From Longimicrobiales bacterium (GTDB lineage Bacteria; Gemmatimonadota; Gemmatimonadetes; Longimicrobiales; Gaopeijiaceae), in assembly GCA_965218295.1 (NCBI GenBank), contig CBDCKN010000015.1:320001-384000 (forward strand): DNA of 64,000 bases. Direction: 5' to 3'. Both the position numbers and the translations under genes were made by a program. Below are positions 29,471 to 37,957 of the stretch, in pieces. Each line of letters begins with the position of its first letter. The stretch's first letter is position 1. Under the pieces are notes generated by a model. It ran no database searches. It was not told where the DNA came from and worked only from the letters and a program-made list of their open reading frames with translations.

Positions 29471-30586
29471 GTGGACGACGGCTTCGAGAGCCTGTCGGAT
29501 GACCTGAAGGCGGCCTTTCAGGGCGGGGTTCTCGAGCCCTGGACGGATCAGTCCTTCGGCGAGTTCGCCCTCAGGGTCCTCGAGCACCAGCTTGAAACGA
29601 ACCCCATCTACTCGAGCTACTGCCGGAAGAGAGGTGTCACTCCGTCTACCCTGGGGGATTGGGAGGCGATTCCGCCGGTTCCTACGTCGGCGTTCAAAGT
29701 CGTTCCGCTGATCTCCGGCGATCCCTCGCGCGTTCAACGCGTCTTTCGGACCAGCGGAACCACACATGGCCCCCAGGACCGAGGAGAGCACCACGTCCTG
29801 GACTTGGGGCTCTACAGGGCTTCACTCATCCCGAATCTCGAGGCTCATCTGTACCCGGACAGCGTGAGACTGCGCCTTCTCGCGTTGGTGCCATCACCGG
29901 AGAGAGCGACGGACTCCTCCCTGAGCTTCATGCTGGGAGAGGCTCTGGAGGTGCTCTCGGTCGGAGACGGCGGCTTCTTCATGCGGCCGGAGGAGGGGCT
30001 GGACGTGGAAGGGCTTCGCCGGGCACTCACCGAGGCCACGGCGGAGGAGCAGCCCGTGCTGCTGGCGGGGACGGCGTTTGCCTTCGTTCACTGGCTCGAT
30101 GCCCTGGCCTATGCGGAGCATCGGTTCGAGCTTCCTCCGGGCTCCCGCGTACTCGAGACGGGGGGCTTCAAGGGGCGTTCTCGCACTCTGTCGCGGCCCG
30201 AGCTCTATGAGGCGCTCTCGACGGCTCACGGCGTGCCGATCCACCGCATCGTGAACGAATACGGCATGACGGAGCTGCTCTCGCAGTTCTACGAGCCCGC
30301 GCTGTCCGCTCCGCCGAAGTCCCTCGAAGGTCGGCGGCATGTTGCGCCGCCCTGGATGCGGACTCGCGTGCTGGACCCGACCACTCTCGAGTCTCTCCCT
30401 CCCGGCGAAGAGGGACTGCTGTGCCACTACGATCTGGCCAACGCCGGGTCCGTCATGGCCGTCCTGACTGAGGACATGGGCTCCGTCGACGCGGGGGGAG
30501 GGCTCTGTGTCGTTGGCCGCGCGGAGGGCGCCGAGCCCCGGGGCTGCTCCCTGGCTATGGACGAGCTCCTCTCTGGAGTTCGGTAG
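29471..30586 (+). CDS. LuxE-like acyl-protein synthetase
   Basis: IPPVPTSAFK, FRTSGTT, ETGGFKGR, NEYGMTELLSQFY, DLAN, TEDMG, EPRGCS. Confidence 0.85.
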   Translation: MDDGFESLSDDLKAAFQGGVLEPWTDQSFGEFALRVLEHQLETNPIYSSYCRKRGVTPSTLGDWEAIPPVPTSAFKVVPLISGDPSRVQRVFRTSGTTHGPQDRGEHHVLDLGLYRASLIPNLEAHLYPDSVRLRLLALVPSPERATDSSLSFMLGEALEVLSVGDGGFFMRPEEGLDVEGLRRALTEATAEEQPVLLAGTAFAFVHWLDALAYAEHRFELPPGSRVLETGGFKGRSRTLSRPELYEALSTAHGVPIHRIVNEYGMTELLSQFYEPALSAPPKSLEGRRHVAPPWMRTRVLDPTTLESLPPGEEGLLCHYDLANAGSVMAVLTEDMGSVDAGGGLCVVGRAEGAEPRGCSLAMDELLSGVR

Positions 30587-30588
30587 GC

Positions 30589-31989
30589 ATGGCGACCCTC
30601 GACGCCGCCTTCTTCCCGACGGGATTTGCCCCCGGCGTCACGTGGGAGAAATTCGAAGTGGAGCCGGGGATCGAGGTCCGGTATCCAAGGCTCGAACCGT
30701 CCGAGTGGAGACGGCTGCTCGAGGCGCTCCGGGACGCCGGGAGAGCGCTGAGGGACCGACCCGTGCGCGAGTTGACCCAGAGCATCGGCCGGGCCGCTGA
30801 GCGATTTCTTGATCCGGAAGATCCGGTGCGCCTCGAGGCCCTGGAGTGGCTCGTCCCCACTGCGGGAATCTCGGCGAAGATGGCCGCAATGGTACTGACC
30901 GGCATGGCTCGGGATTGGACGGGCGACCGCTTGGCGGAGCTGTTGGAGCGAGAGTTGGGGGCTCCCGAGGTCCTCGACGACTTTCAACGACTCGACTCGG
31001 GGCGAACGGTTCACGCCACCGGACCGGCCCTCAGCTTTCATGTGGGTGCCGGAACCGTGCCCGGGGTGAGCGTCTCTTCGATGATCCGTGCGCTCCTGGT
31101 CAAATCGGCGGTCCTTTTGAAGCCCGGCAAGGGAGACGTCGCCCTCCCGGTTCTCTTCGCTCGGGCTATGGCGGATGAGGACCCGGAGCTGGCTCGCGGA
31201 GTGGCCGTGGCGTACTGGCCGGGAGGGGACAGCCCGGCAGAGGAGCTGGCGCTCGAGAGTGCCGAGGTGGTCGTGGCCTACGGGCGCAGCGAGTCGGTGG
31301 CGGCGCTGAGGGCTCGCACGCCGGTCACGTCCCGCTTCGTGCCGTACCACCACCGCGTGAGCGTGGGCGTCGTGGGACGAGACGCGCTGAGCTCAGACGG
31401 AGCCGCACGTGTGGCCGCGGACGCGGCCGCCGCAGTGTCGATATTCGACCAGCGAGGATGCGTGTCGCCTCACGTCCTGTACGTGGAGCGCGGAGGAGCC
31501 ACGGACCCCGGCGCTTGGGCGGTAACCCTCGCCGAGGCGATGGCCGGGGTCGAGCTGGAGCTTCCCGGTGGGCGTTTGACTCCGGAGGAGGCATCGTCGC
31601 TTCACCAGCTACGTGGGGCGGCCGAGCTCGAAGAGGCATCGGGGAGCGGGGTGCGGGTGTACCATGGGGACCGGGGATCCTGGACCGTGATCTACCAGGA
31701 GAGCCCCACCTTCACCCTCTCATGTCAGAATCGGTTGGTCTATGTGAAGCCGGTGTCGGACCTGGCCGAGGTCCCCGAGCTACTCTACGATCTCCGGCGT
31801 CACCTCCAGACCGTTGCCATCGCAGGAGCCGGAGCTCGGCGAGAGGCTCTCGCGACGGCCCTCGGCCGCGTCGGTGTGACCCGCGTCACCTCGTTCGAGG
31901 GTGCGCCCTGGCCTCCGCCCTGGTGGCATCACGATGGGGCGTCGGTCTTCGATGGGCTGATCAGGTGGATCGATCTCGAAGACGAGTGA
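30589..31989 (+). CDS. LuxC-like acyl-CoA reductase
   Basis: HVGAGTVP, VVAYG, catalytic FDQRGCVSP, WHHDG; 2 bp after the luxE-like stop. Confidence 0.85.
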   Translation: MATLDAAFFPTGFAPGVTWEKFEVEPGIEVRYPRLEPSEWRRLLEALRDAGRALRDRPVRELTQSIGRAAERFLDPEDPVRLEALEWLVPTAGISAKMAAMVLTGMARDWTGDRLAELLERELGAPEVLDDFQRLDSGRTVHATGPALSFHVGAGTVPGVSVSSMIRALLVKSAVLLKPGKGDVALPVLFARAMADEDPELARGVAVAYWPGGDSPAEELALESAEVVVAYGRSESVAALRARTPVTSRFVPYHHRVSVGVVGRDALSSDGAARVAADAAAAVSIFDQRGCVSPHVLYVERGGATDPGAWAVTLAEAMAGVELELPGGRLTPEEASSLHQLRGAAELEEASGSGVRVYHGDRGSWTVIYQESPTFTLSCQNRLVYVKPVSDLAEVPELLYDLRRHLQTVAIAGAGARREALATALGRVGVTRVTSFEGAPWPPPWWHHDGASVFDGLIRWIDLEDE

Positions 31990-31995
31990 TCTCTC

Positions 31996-32261
31996 TCACG
32001 TCGCCTCCAGCAACCTCCTCAGGATGTCGGCCTGCTCGTCCAGATATCCGAAGAGCACCACGGTCTCGGGGTGACGGCGCCCTTCGGCGGCACGACGGAT
32101 CTCGTCCACCATGATCCCGGCTGCCTCGCCGAAGTCGAAGCGCGGTGGATGGCGCCCGCGACGCCAGCGCCCAGCAGGAGGTGGTTGTTGGCCGCATTTA
32201 CAACGGCGTCACCGTCGAACGTGGAGATGTCGCCCTGCTCGACAATGATGCGGACCGACAT
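31996..32261 (-). pseudogene. Macro domain (ADP-ribose-binding) gene with internal deletion and frameshift
   Basis: N-part GDIST...[21 protein letters not shown] joins at about 32140, out of frame, to C-part [14 protein letters not shown]...VVLFGY...*; central VIHA and GTGxGG motifs missing. Confidence 0.8.
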
Positions 32262-32296
32262 GGACTCCGGAGAAGGAAAGAGGGGGTCGAAGGCTT

Positions 32297-32488
32297 CTAC
32301 TCTTCTGGCTGCTCTTCTGCGCGCCAGATCACCATCTGCCGTTGGCCGTCCGATGTCTCTTCCACTCGAACGGTCAAGGCGTCTCCCGCGGCCAGTTTCA
32401 GGGTGTCCCGGAGATCCTGAGGGATCGTGATCCGTCCCCCGACCCCGATGGTCATGTCCGCGTATAAGAGCGTACGATAGATGGCCAT
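32297..32488 (-). CDS. AbrB/MazE/SpoVT family DNA-binding protein
   Basis: [29 protein letters not shown]. Confidence 0.85.
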   Translation of the reverse strand: MAIYRTLLYADMTIGVGGRITIPQDLRDTLKLAAGDALTVRVEETSDGQRQMVIWRAEEQPEE

Positions 32489-32664
32489 CCGGCCTCCTCA
32501 TGGTTAGTCAACAACAGGCGAAATTTATAGAGTTTGGGGGTGGCGGCAACCGCTCTTCCCCATCGGCCGAGGAGCGGTGAAGAAGCGTAGCCACCCGCCC
32601 GTGGGGGGGAGGAAACGGCCGAAAGCCGCATCTATGGCCTATGCGTCCTAGGCCTTCCGTCGGT

Positions 32665-32970
32665 TCACTCCTCCTCGGGGAGCAGGGACCGTAGGAGCCC
32701 CTGAAGCTGGTGGTCCCCGAACGCCCGGGCCTTCCGGACCGCCTCTTCGTACGAGTCCTCGATGATGATCGTGGTTGTGCGGCGGGCGGCTTCCTCGCCC
32801 TCGTTGTCGGTCGGCGAAAAACACAGAAGGCCGCGGTAGCTCGAGGGCCGTCGGGGGTCGTCGCTGAACTCCAGGTAGACCTCCCAGAAACGGCCATCGT
32901 GGCTGATGGTCGCCAGATGCTGTCCGTTGGAAGGGGGTGGCGGCCTCGGAGGGTCGGTCGGGGTCGTCAT
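32665..32970 (-). CDS. Hypothetical protein
   Basis: 101-aa ORF with protein-like composition, co-oriented directly downstream of the transglutaminase gene. Confidence 0.65.
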   Translation of the reverse strand: MTTPTDPPRPPPPSNGQHLATISHDGRFWEVYLEFSDDPRRPSSYRGLLCFSPTDNEGEEAARRTTTIIIEDSYEEAVRKARAFGDHQLQGLLRSLLPEEE

Positions 32971-33003
32971 GATACGAAAACTAGCATCACCCCTACCGCT
33001 TCG

Positions 33004-35052
33004 CTACGAGAGGGCAGAGGGAGACGTCAGCACTGATTCACTCCGAAGGGCCCGACGCACGGCGGTCAATGCGGTCCTCATCTCCTCCTGGTCGGAATCG
33101 TCCAGGGTCTGGCCGCCGAACCGGGACCGGAGGTAGGTGGTAACGAGGCTGTGAGCGGGTCGATACGCGGGGTGCCTCCGACGAGCGAGCTCGTCGACCA
33201 ATGTGAGAGGTGCCAAACCGTCGCCCGGAACGAGCCCTGCTCTGCGGCAGCTCTCGCGCAACTTGAGGTAGAGGCGCGTCTCCGGTCCGGCATGGGACGA
33301 ACTCCGGCGCATCCAGTAGACGCCGAACGCGAGGGCGAGGGCCATGAGGATCCCCCAAAACATTGCTGCGGGGTCTCTAGAGGGGCGGCCGTCGATGGCC
33401 TGGCCGCCCGGCTCATCCCGGCGGAAGAGCTCAGAGACCCGGAGGAGCAGGCCCGACTGGGACTCTTGGTCGTAGTCGAGGATCCACTTGTTCCAACGGT
33501 GCTGGAGCACGTCCAAGAGGAACCGGCCCGGCCAGAGCCAAGAGGTCAGCGCCTCCGACGACCCCGCGCCGGCGGGCGTGGGGTCGAAGGGAACCCATCC
33601 GAATCCGGGAAACCACACCTCCACCCATGAGTGAGCCTCGTTCTGGGTCACGGCCAGGTACTGCCCGAAGTCGTTCCACTGACCACCGAGGAAGCCGTTT
33701 ACCTCTCGGGCGTGGATCCCCAGGGTGCGCAACAACACGACCATAGCCGTCGAGAAGTACTCACAGTGGCCCTCCCGCCGATCGAAGAGGAAGTACTCGA
33801 GCGTGGCCTGCCGTGCCGAGCGGGGCAGGTCGAGGGTGTATCCGAACTCGTTGTGGAGGAACTCCTCTATAGCGACGGCACGGTCGTAGTTGTTGTCGAG
33901 CCCCTGTGTCAGGGAACGCGCCAGGTCTCGGGTCCGCTGCGAGACGCGAGGCAGCTGAGTGAAGTGGGTCCGGGCCGGGGCGAACCCCGATCTGGCGGCG
34001 CGCAGGGCCTCGGACTCGGGCCGTCCGTCCACCGAGACCGCTTCGTACGAGGGGCTCCCTGAGCCCCAGTAGATATGGTCCCCGGCGTTGTCGAAGAGTG
34101 GCTGGATGCGCGGATTGTCGGAGCGCACTCCAAGGAGGGGGTGGAGAGCGAAAAGGACACGAACGTCCAGCGGAGCCGCGTAGATCTTCTGGCGGACCCG
34201 GTCCGGGTTCCACGCCTCGTACCAGCGCTCCATGCCGAGAGATGGAGGCAGTGACGCGGTGCGACTCCAGCGGACACCGTCGAAGCGGTCGTAGGAGCGC
34301 CCTCTCCAGTGGAGCCCTCCCACGTTGGCGGGCCGTCCGTCCGGAAATTCCACCCGCAAGACGATCGCGGGGTTGGGGTAGATCCGGGAGCCGTGGCTTC
34401 CGAGGGAGACCTGGTCGCTGAAGCCGGCGATGGAGGTGGCCAGAACGTCACCCCGGGACGCCCAGCCCCGCGAGAACCTGGGAAACGCGACGAAGACGAC
34501 CCCGCTCATCATGAGCGTGGCTCCGGAAAGGCCCGCCATGCCCATCAAGAACTTCCGCTCCAGCACGAGCTCACGCCCTCCCCTCGCGTCGGCCTGTCGA
34601 TGCAGGTGACCGACCATGAGGGCCACTGTGGCGAGGGCGATATAGCTTACGAAGGCCAGTGCGAAGAGTACCCCGGGGCGGTATGCGGTCGATGCCAGGA
34701 GGAGCGCGAAGGTGAGCGCGTACAGGCGTGCGTCGTTCGGTGCGTCGAGGGACCTCAAGGCCTCCGCACTGAGAAGGAGCAACAGAAGGTCCACCACCGG
34801 GATCACCACGTCGTCGCCGACGACGAAGACGTGATAGAGGGAGCGAACGACCAAGATCCCGGCCAGGGGTAGCCAGAACTGCTCCAACCTGAGCGAGAGC
34901 TCATGATCGGGCTGCCATACGAAGGCGAGGATGAGGGCGATGGCCGCGAGGACCGCGCTGGTGGGCTCGAAGCCAGCGCCACCGGCAAAAGCGAGAAGGG
35001 CCACGAGGCCCATGCCGACCACCAGACGACGGTGGAGCAGCTGAAGCCTCAT
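33004..35052 (-). CDS. TgpA-like membrane transglutaminase (DUF3488 + transglutaminase core)
   Basis: Multiple TM helices, HWRG, GHCEYFSTAM, HSWVEV, WVPFDPTP. Confidence 0.9.
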   Translation of the reverse strand: MRLQLLHRRLVVGMGLVALLAFAGGAGFEPTSAVLAAIALILAFVWQPDHELSLRLEQFWLPLAGILVVRSLYHVFVVGDDVVIPVVDLLLLLLSAEALRSLDAPNDARLYALTFALLLASTAYRPGVLFALAFVSYIALATVALMVGHLHRQADARGGRELVLERKFLMGMAGLSGATLMMSGVVFVAFPRFSRGWASRGDVLATSIAGFSDQVSLGSHGSRIYPNPAIVLRVEFPDGRPANVGGLHWRGRSYDRFDGVRWSRTASLPPSLGMERWYEAWNPDRVRQKIYAAPLDVRVLFALHPLLGVRSDNPRIQPLFDNAGDHIYWGSGSPSYEAVSVDGRPESEALRAARSGFAPARTHFTQLPRVSQRTRDLARSLTQGLDNNYDRAVAIEEFLHNEFGYTLDLPRSARQATLEYFLFDRREGHCEYFSTAMVVLLRTLGIHAREVNGFLGGQWNDFGQYLAVTQNEAHSWVEVWFPGFGWVPFDPTPAGAGSSEALTSWLWPGRFLLDVLQHRWNKWILDYDQESQSGLLLRVSELFRRDEPGGQAIDGRPSRDPAAMFWGILMALALAFGVYWMRRSSSHAGPETRLYLKLRESCRRAGLVPGDGLAPLTLVDELARRRHPAYRPAHSLVTTYLRSRFGGQTLDDSDQEEMRTALTAVRRALRSESVLTSPSALS

Positions 35053-36221
35053 CCGGCACGCCTTTCCGGCTCAGCGGCCGGGGACGAAGGCCCCGAGGCG
35101 TCGTCTAACCACCTGCCGGAAGGCACGTAAGCTCCGTACGAGGAGCGCCCAGCTCCGGAGATGGACACGAGAACGCAGCTGACAGGATCCGTGGGGGGAG
35201 CCAGACGGGGGCCGGATCGCTGGAAGTCCACTCTCGCGAGCACGTCCAACACGCGCTCGAGCTGCCCCGACCCAGTGCCGGCATCCACGTAGCCCGTCGG
35301 GGTGGCCAGGGCGAACCGCCTACCCTCTTGAAAGGCCCGGGCCAGCAGTGACGCGGCGGTCTCCAGCGCTCCCTCGGCCCGATCCCCCGGCTCATCCCGG
35401 GTGTCGAGGCAGATCCAGATCGTTTCGGTGGCGTCCTGATCGTACTCCCGCACCACCGGCTTCCCGGTCCTGGCCGTGGATCGCCAGTGGATGTCGCGCG
35501 GGTCGTCGCCGGGCCGGTACTCCCGGAGACCCCGGTACTCGCCTCGGGCCCCGAGCGTCATACCGCTCACGTCCGAGAAGCGAGGCCGGCTGCTTGCTCC
35601 TGGAGGCGCCGGAAGGGCCACGGGGCGGTCCGCCCTGGGCCAGATCACGAGCTCGCCGGGAAGCGCGATGTCACGCTCCTTGGTGAAGAGGCCGAAGGGA
35701 AACGCGGTCGACAGGGTGAGTGCTTTGAGCGGGTAGATTCCTCGTCGGATGAAGTGGTTCTCAGACCGGACCGTGATCGATTCACCGGCATCGAGTCGGG
35801 CGATGCACGCGGATCCGGGCAGGCCCTCCTCGATGAGATAGACGGCCAGAGTGGGAAGCCGGAGTTTACCATTCGTCACGTGGTACGTGATGCGAACCGT
35901 CTTCCCCACCGTGACCCCCCGGGGAATCCATCTCCTCACCTCCAGGCCCCGGAGGGCCTGCTCCGAGAGCCAGCCCGAGAGAGCGATGAAGCCAAGCATG
36001 GCTCCCAGCAGGAGATAGAGCAGGTTGTTTCCGGTGTTGACCGCAGCGAATCCGATGGCAAAGGCCCCCGCCGTGAAGACAGCTCCTCCAGTGGTGAAGC
36101 GGATGCGACGCCACGCGCGCAGGCGTCGCCAGGTGTCTCGCAGGATCGTGGGGAGAGCGGCCAAAGGCTCTAGGAAGTTCATCCGTCGGCGCTCCGTGGG
36201 TGGCTCGCGGACCTCCGGCAC
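35049..36221 (-). CDS. DUF58 domain protein
   Basis: NTGNNLLY, FPFGLF, LREYRPGDDPRDIHWRSTAR; start may be 36182. Confidence 0.9.
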   Translation of the reverse strand: MPEVREPPTERRRMNFLEPLAALPTILRDTWRRLRAWRRIRFTTGGAVFTAGAFAIGFAAVNTGNNLLYLLLGAMLGFIALSGWLSEQALRGLEVRRWIPRGVTVGKTVRITYHVTNGKLRLPTLAVYLIEEGLPGSACIARLDAGESITVRSENHFIRRGIYPLKALTLSTAFPFGLFTKERDIALPGELVIWPRADRPVALPAPPGASSRPRFSDVSGMTLGARGEYRGLREYRPGDDPRDIHWRSTARTGKPVVREYDQDATETIWICLDTRDEPGDRAEGALETAASLLARAFQEGRRFALATPTGYVDAGTGSGQLERVLDVLARVDFQRSGPRLAPPTDPVSCVLVSISGAGRSSYGAYVPSGRWLDDASGPSSPAAEPERRAG

Positions 36222-36227
36222 ACCGCG

Positions 36228-37199
36228 CTACACCGGGACCGCTACGTCCTCGAGGATCTCGTCGACGATCGCTCCGGCCTCCTCGTGGGCCTCGTGAGTG
36301 GCCGCCGTGGCTCCTATGGGAAGGATCCGATGGGCCAGGCATGGGCCTGCAAGATGCTGAATGTCACTCGGCACCAGGAAGTCCCGGCCACTCAGAAGAG
36401 CGTAAGCCCTCGAAGCCCTGAACAGGCCGATGGCTCCTCGCGGGCTGACCCCCATGCGGAGACGTGGCTCGATCCGCGTGCGTCGAACGATCTCCATCAG
36501 GTAGCCCATGAGGGAGTCCTCGGTCCGGACCTCGGCGACCTGGTTTTGGAGCGTTAAAACCTCGCCCGGCGTGAGAACCGCCTTGATGCGCCGCTCCCAG
36601 GCGCCCTCTTCCGTGGACTCCTGGAGAATCCGACGCTCCGCCGCCTCCCCCGGGTAGCCGATGGTGATGCGCATGAGGAAGCGATCGACTTGGCTCTCGG
36701 GGAGGGGATAAGTCCCATGATGCTCGAGAGGGTTTTGGGTGGCCATCACCATGAAGGGCTGCGGGAGCTGGAACGTCGTGTCGTCCAAGCTCACTTCGCC
36801 TTCCTCCATGGCCTGTAGGAGCCCGCTCTGGGTTCGAGGCGGGGCACGGTTGATCTCGTCGGCCAGAACCATGTTCGTGAAGATGGGTCCAGGCCTCGTC
36901 TCGAACTCCGATGTGCGCGGATTATAGATCGACACACCCAGAACGTCCGAGGGCAGCAGGTCGCTCGTGAACTGGATCCGGCGGAACGAGAGACCGACGG
37001 CTGTCGCGAGTGCGTGGGCAAGCGTCGTCTTACCCACACCGGGGACATCCTCGAAGAGGATGTGTCCGCGGGCCAGAAGGGCCGACACGGCGAGTCGCAC
37101 GACCTCTTCCTTGCCGTGAAAGACCTGCTCCACCTCGCCGATCAGACGCTCGACCAAGTCGACGGTAGGTAGTGTGTCCCTGATGGCTGTCGTGTCCAC
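36228..37199 (-). CDS. moxR: MoxR family AAA+ ATPase
   Basis: EDVPGVGKT, RIQFTSDLLPSD, LADEINR, ATQNP, GTYPLPESQVDRF. Confidence 0.93.
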   Translation of the reverse strand: MDTTAIRDTLPTVDLVERLIGEVEQVFHGKEEVVRLAVSALLARGHILFEDVPGVGKTTLAHALATAVGLSFRRIQFTSDLLPSDVLGVSIYNPRTSEFETRPGPIFTNMVLADEINRAPPRTQSGLLQAMEEGEVSLDDTTFQLPQPFMVMATQNPLEHHGTYPLPESQVDRFLMRITIGYPGEAAERRILQESTEEGAWERRIKAVLTPGEVLTLQNQVAEVRTEDSLMGYLMEIVRRTRIEPRLRMGVSPRGAIGLFRASRAYALLSGRDFLVPSDIQHLAGPCLAHRILPIGATAATHEAHEEAGAIVDEILEDVAVPV

Positions 37200-37300
37200 C
37201 AAATCCCAACTCCCGTCCGGGTTCTCCGGGGCTTCTTCTGGGGGGAAAAAGTATAACACTCACGCGGAGAAAAAGGTTCTTTCTGACCCCTATCGGAGCG

Positions 37301-37329
37301 TTGACACGGCCCTGAGGCTCCGGTAGCTT
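37301..37329 (+). promoter_or_regulatory. Sigma70-type promoter of act operon
   Basis: TTGACA-N17-TAGCTT about 60 bp before actA. Confidence 0.65.
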
Positions 37330-37389
37330 CCTGCCGTTTCAGACAGACGACTCTTGCTCCCACCCACCCCCATCCGGGCGGCAGGACTT

Positions 37390-37941
37390 ATGACGAAGCG
37401 ATGGATAGTTGCATCGATCGTCGCGCTCGCCACCCTGGGCTCTCTGGCCTTCGCTCGGACCCGGGACAGCAGTGCGGCGCAGGAATCGGAAGCACCGGGC
37501 GGGGCGGCTAGCGCCTTCGTCCAACCAATCGCTTTTCCTCATAACATCCACGCCGGAGTGGACCGGATCGACTGCCAGTATTGTCACTTTTCGGCAGAGC
37601 GATCGGTGGACGCCGGGATCCCCCCAGTCAGAACCTGCATCGGTTGCCATCAGATTATCGGTGGAACCGATGAGCGGCAGCAGGCCGAGATCCAGAAGGT
37701 TCGCGACTACTGGACCAATCAGGAGCCGATTCCGTGGGTGCGGATCTACAAGGTCGCCGACCACGTCCGCTTCCCACACATGAGGCATGTCGCGGCTGGC
37801 GTCGATTGCGCCACCTGCCACGGGGAGGTTCAGGAGATGGGGGTGCTGGAGGAGGTGAACCAGCCTCTTGCCATGGGCTGGTGCGTGACCTGTCACGTCG
37901 AGCGCGGCGTGTCCAGGGACTGCTCAGTTTGCCACTACTGA
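37390..37941 (+). CDS. actA: Alternative complex III pentaheme cytochrome c
   Basis: QPIAFPHNIH; five CxxCH (CQYCH, CIGCH, CATCH, CVTCH, CSVCH). Confidence 0.9.
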   Translation: MTKRWIVASIVALATLGSLAFARTRDSSAAQESEAPGGAASAFVQPIAFPHNIHAGVDRIDCQYCHFSAERSVDAGIPPVRTCIGCHQIIGGTDERQQAEIQKVRDYWTNQEPIPWVRIYKVADHVRFPHMRHVAAGVDCATCHGEVQEMGVLEEVNQPLAMGWCVTCHVERGVSRDCSVCHY

Positions 37942-37957
37942 TTCCAGGACCAATTCA

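Noticed and set aside
29471..31989. Bioluminescence operon
   Set aside because: No luxA, luxB or luxD in the window
32536..32630. Stem-rich intergenic region upstream of the AbrB-like gene as a riboswitch
   Set aside because: No recognisable aptamer consensus; stems expected by chance at this GC content
32297..32970. Type II toxin-antitoxin module around the AbrB-like gene
   Set aside because: No PIN, MazF or other toxin-like ORF adjacent
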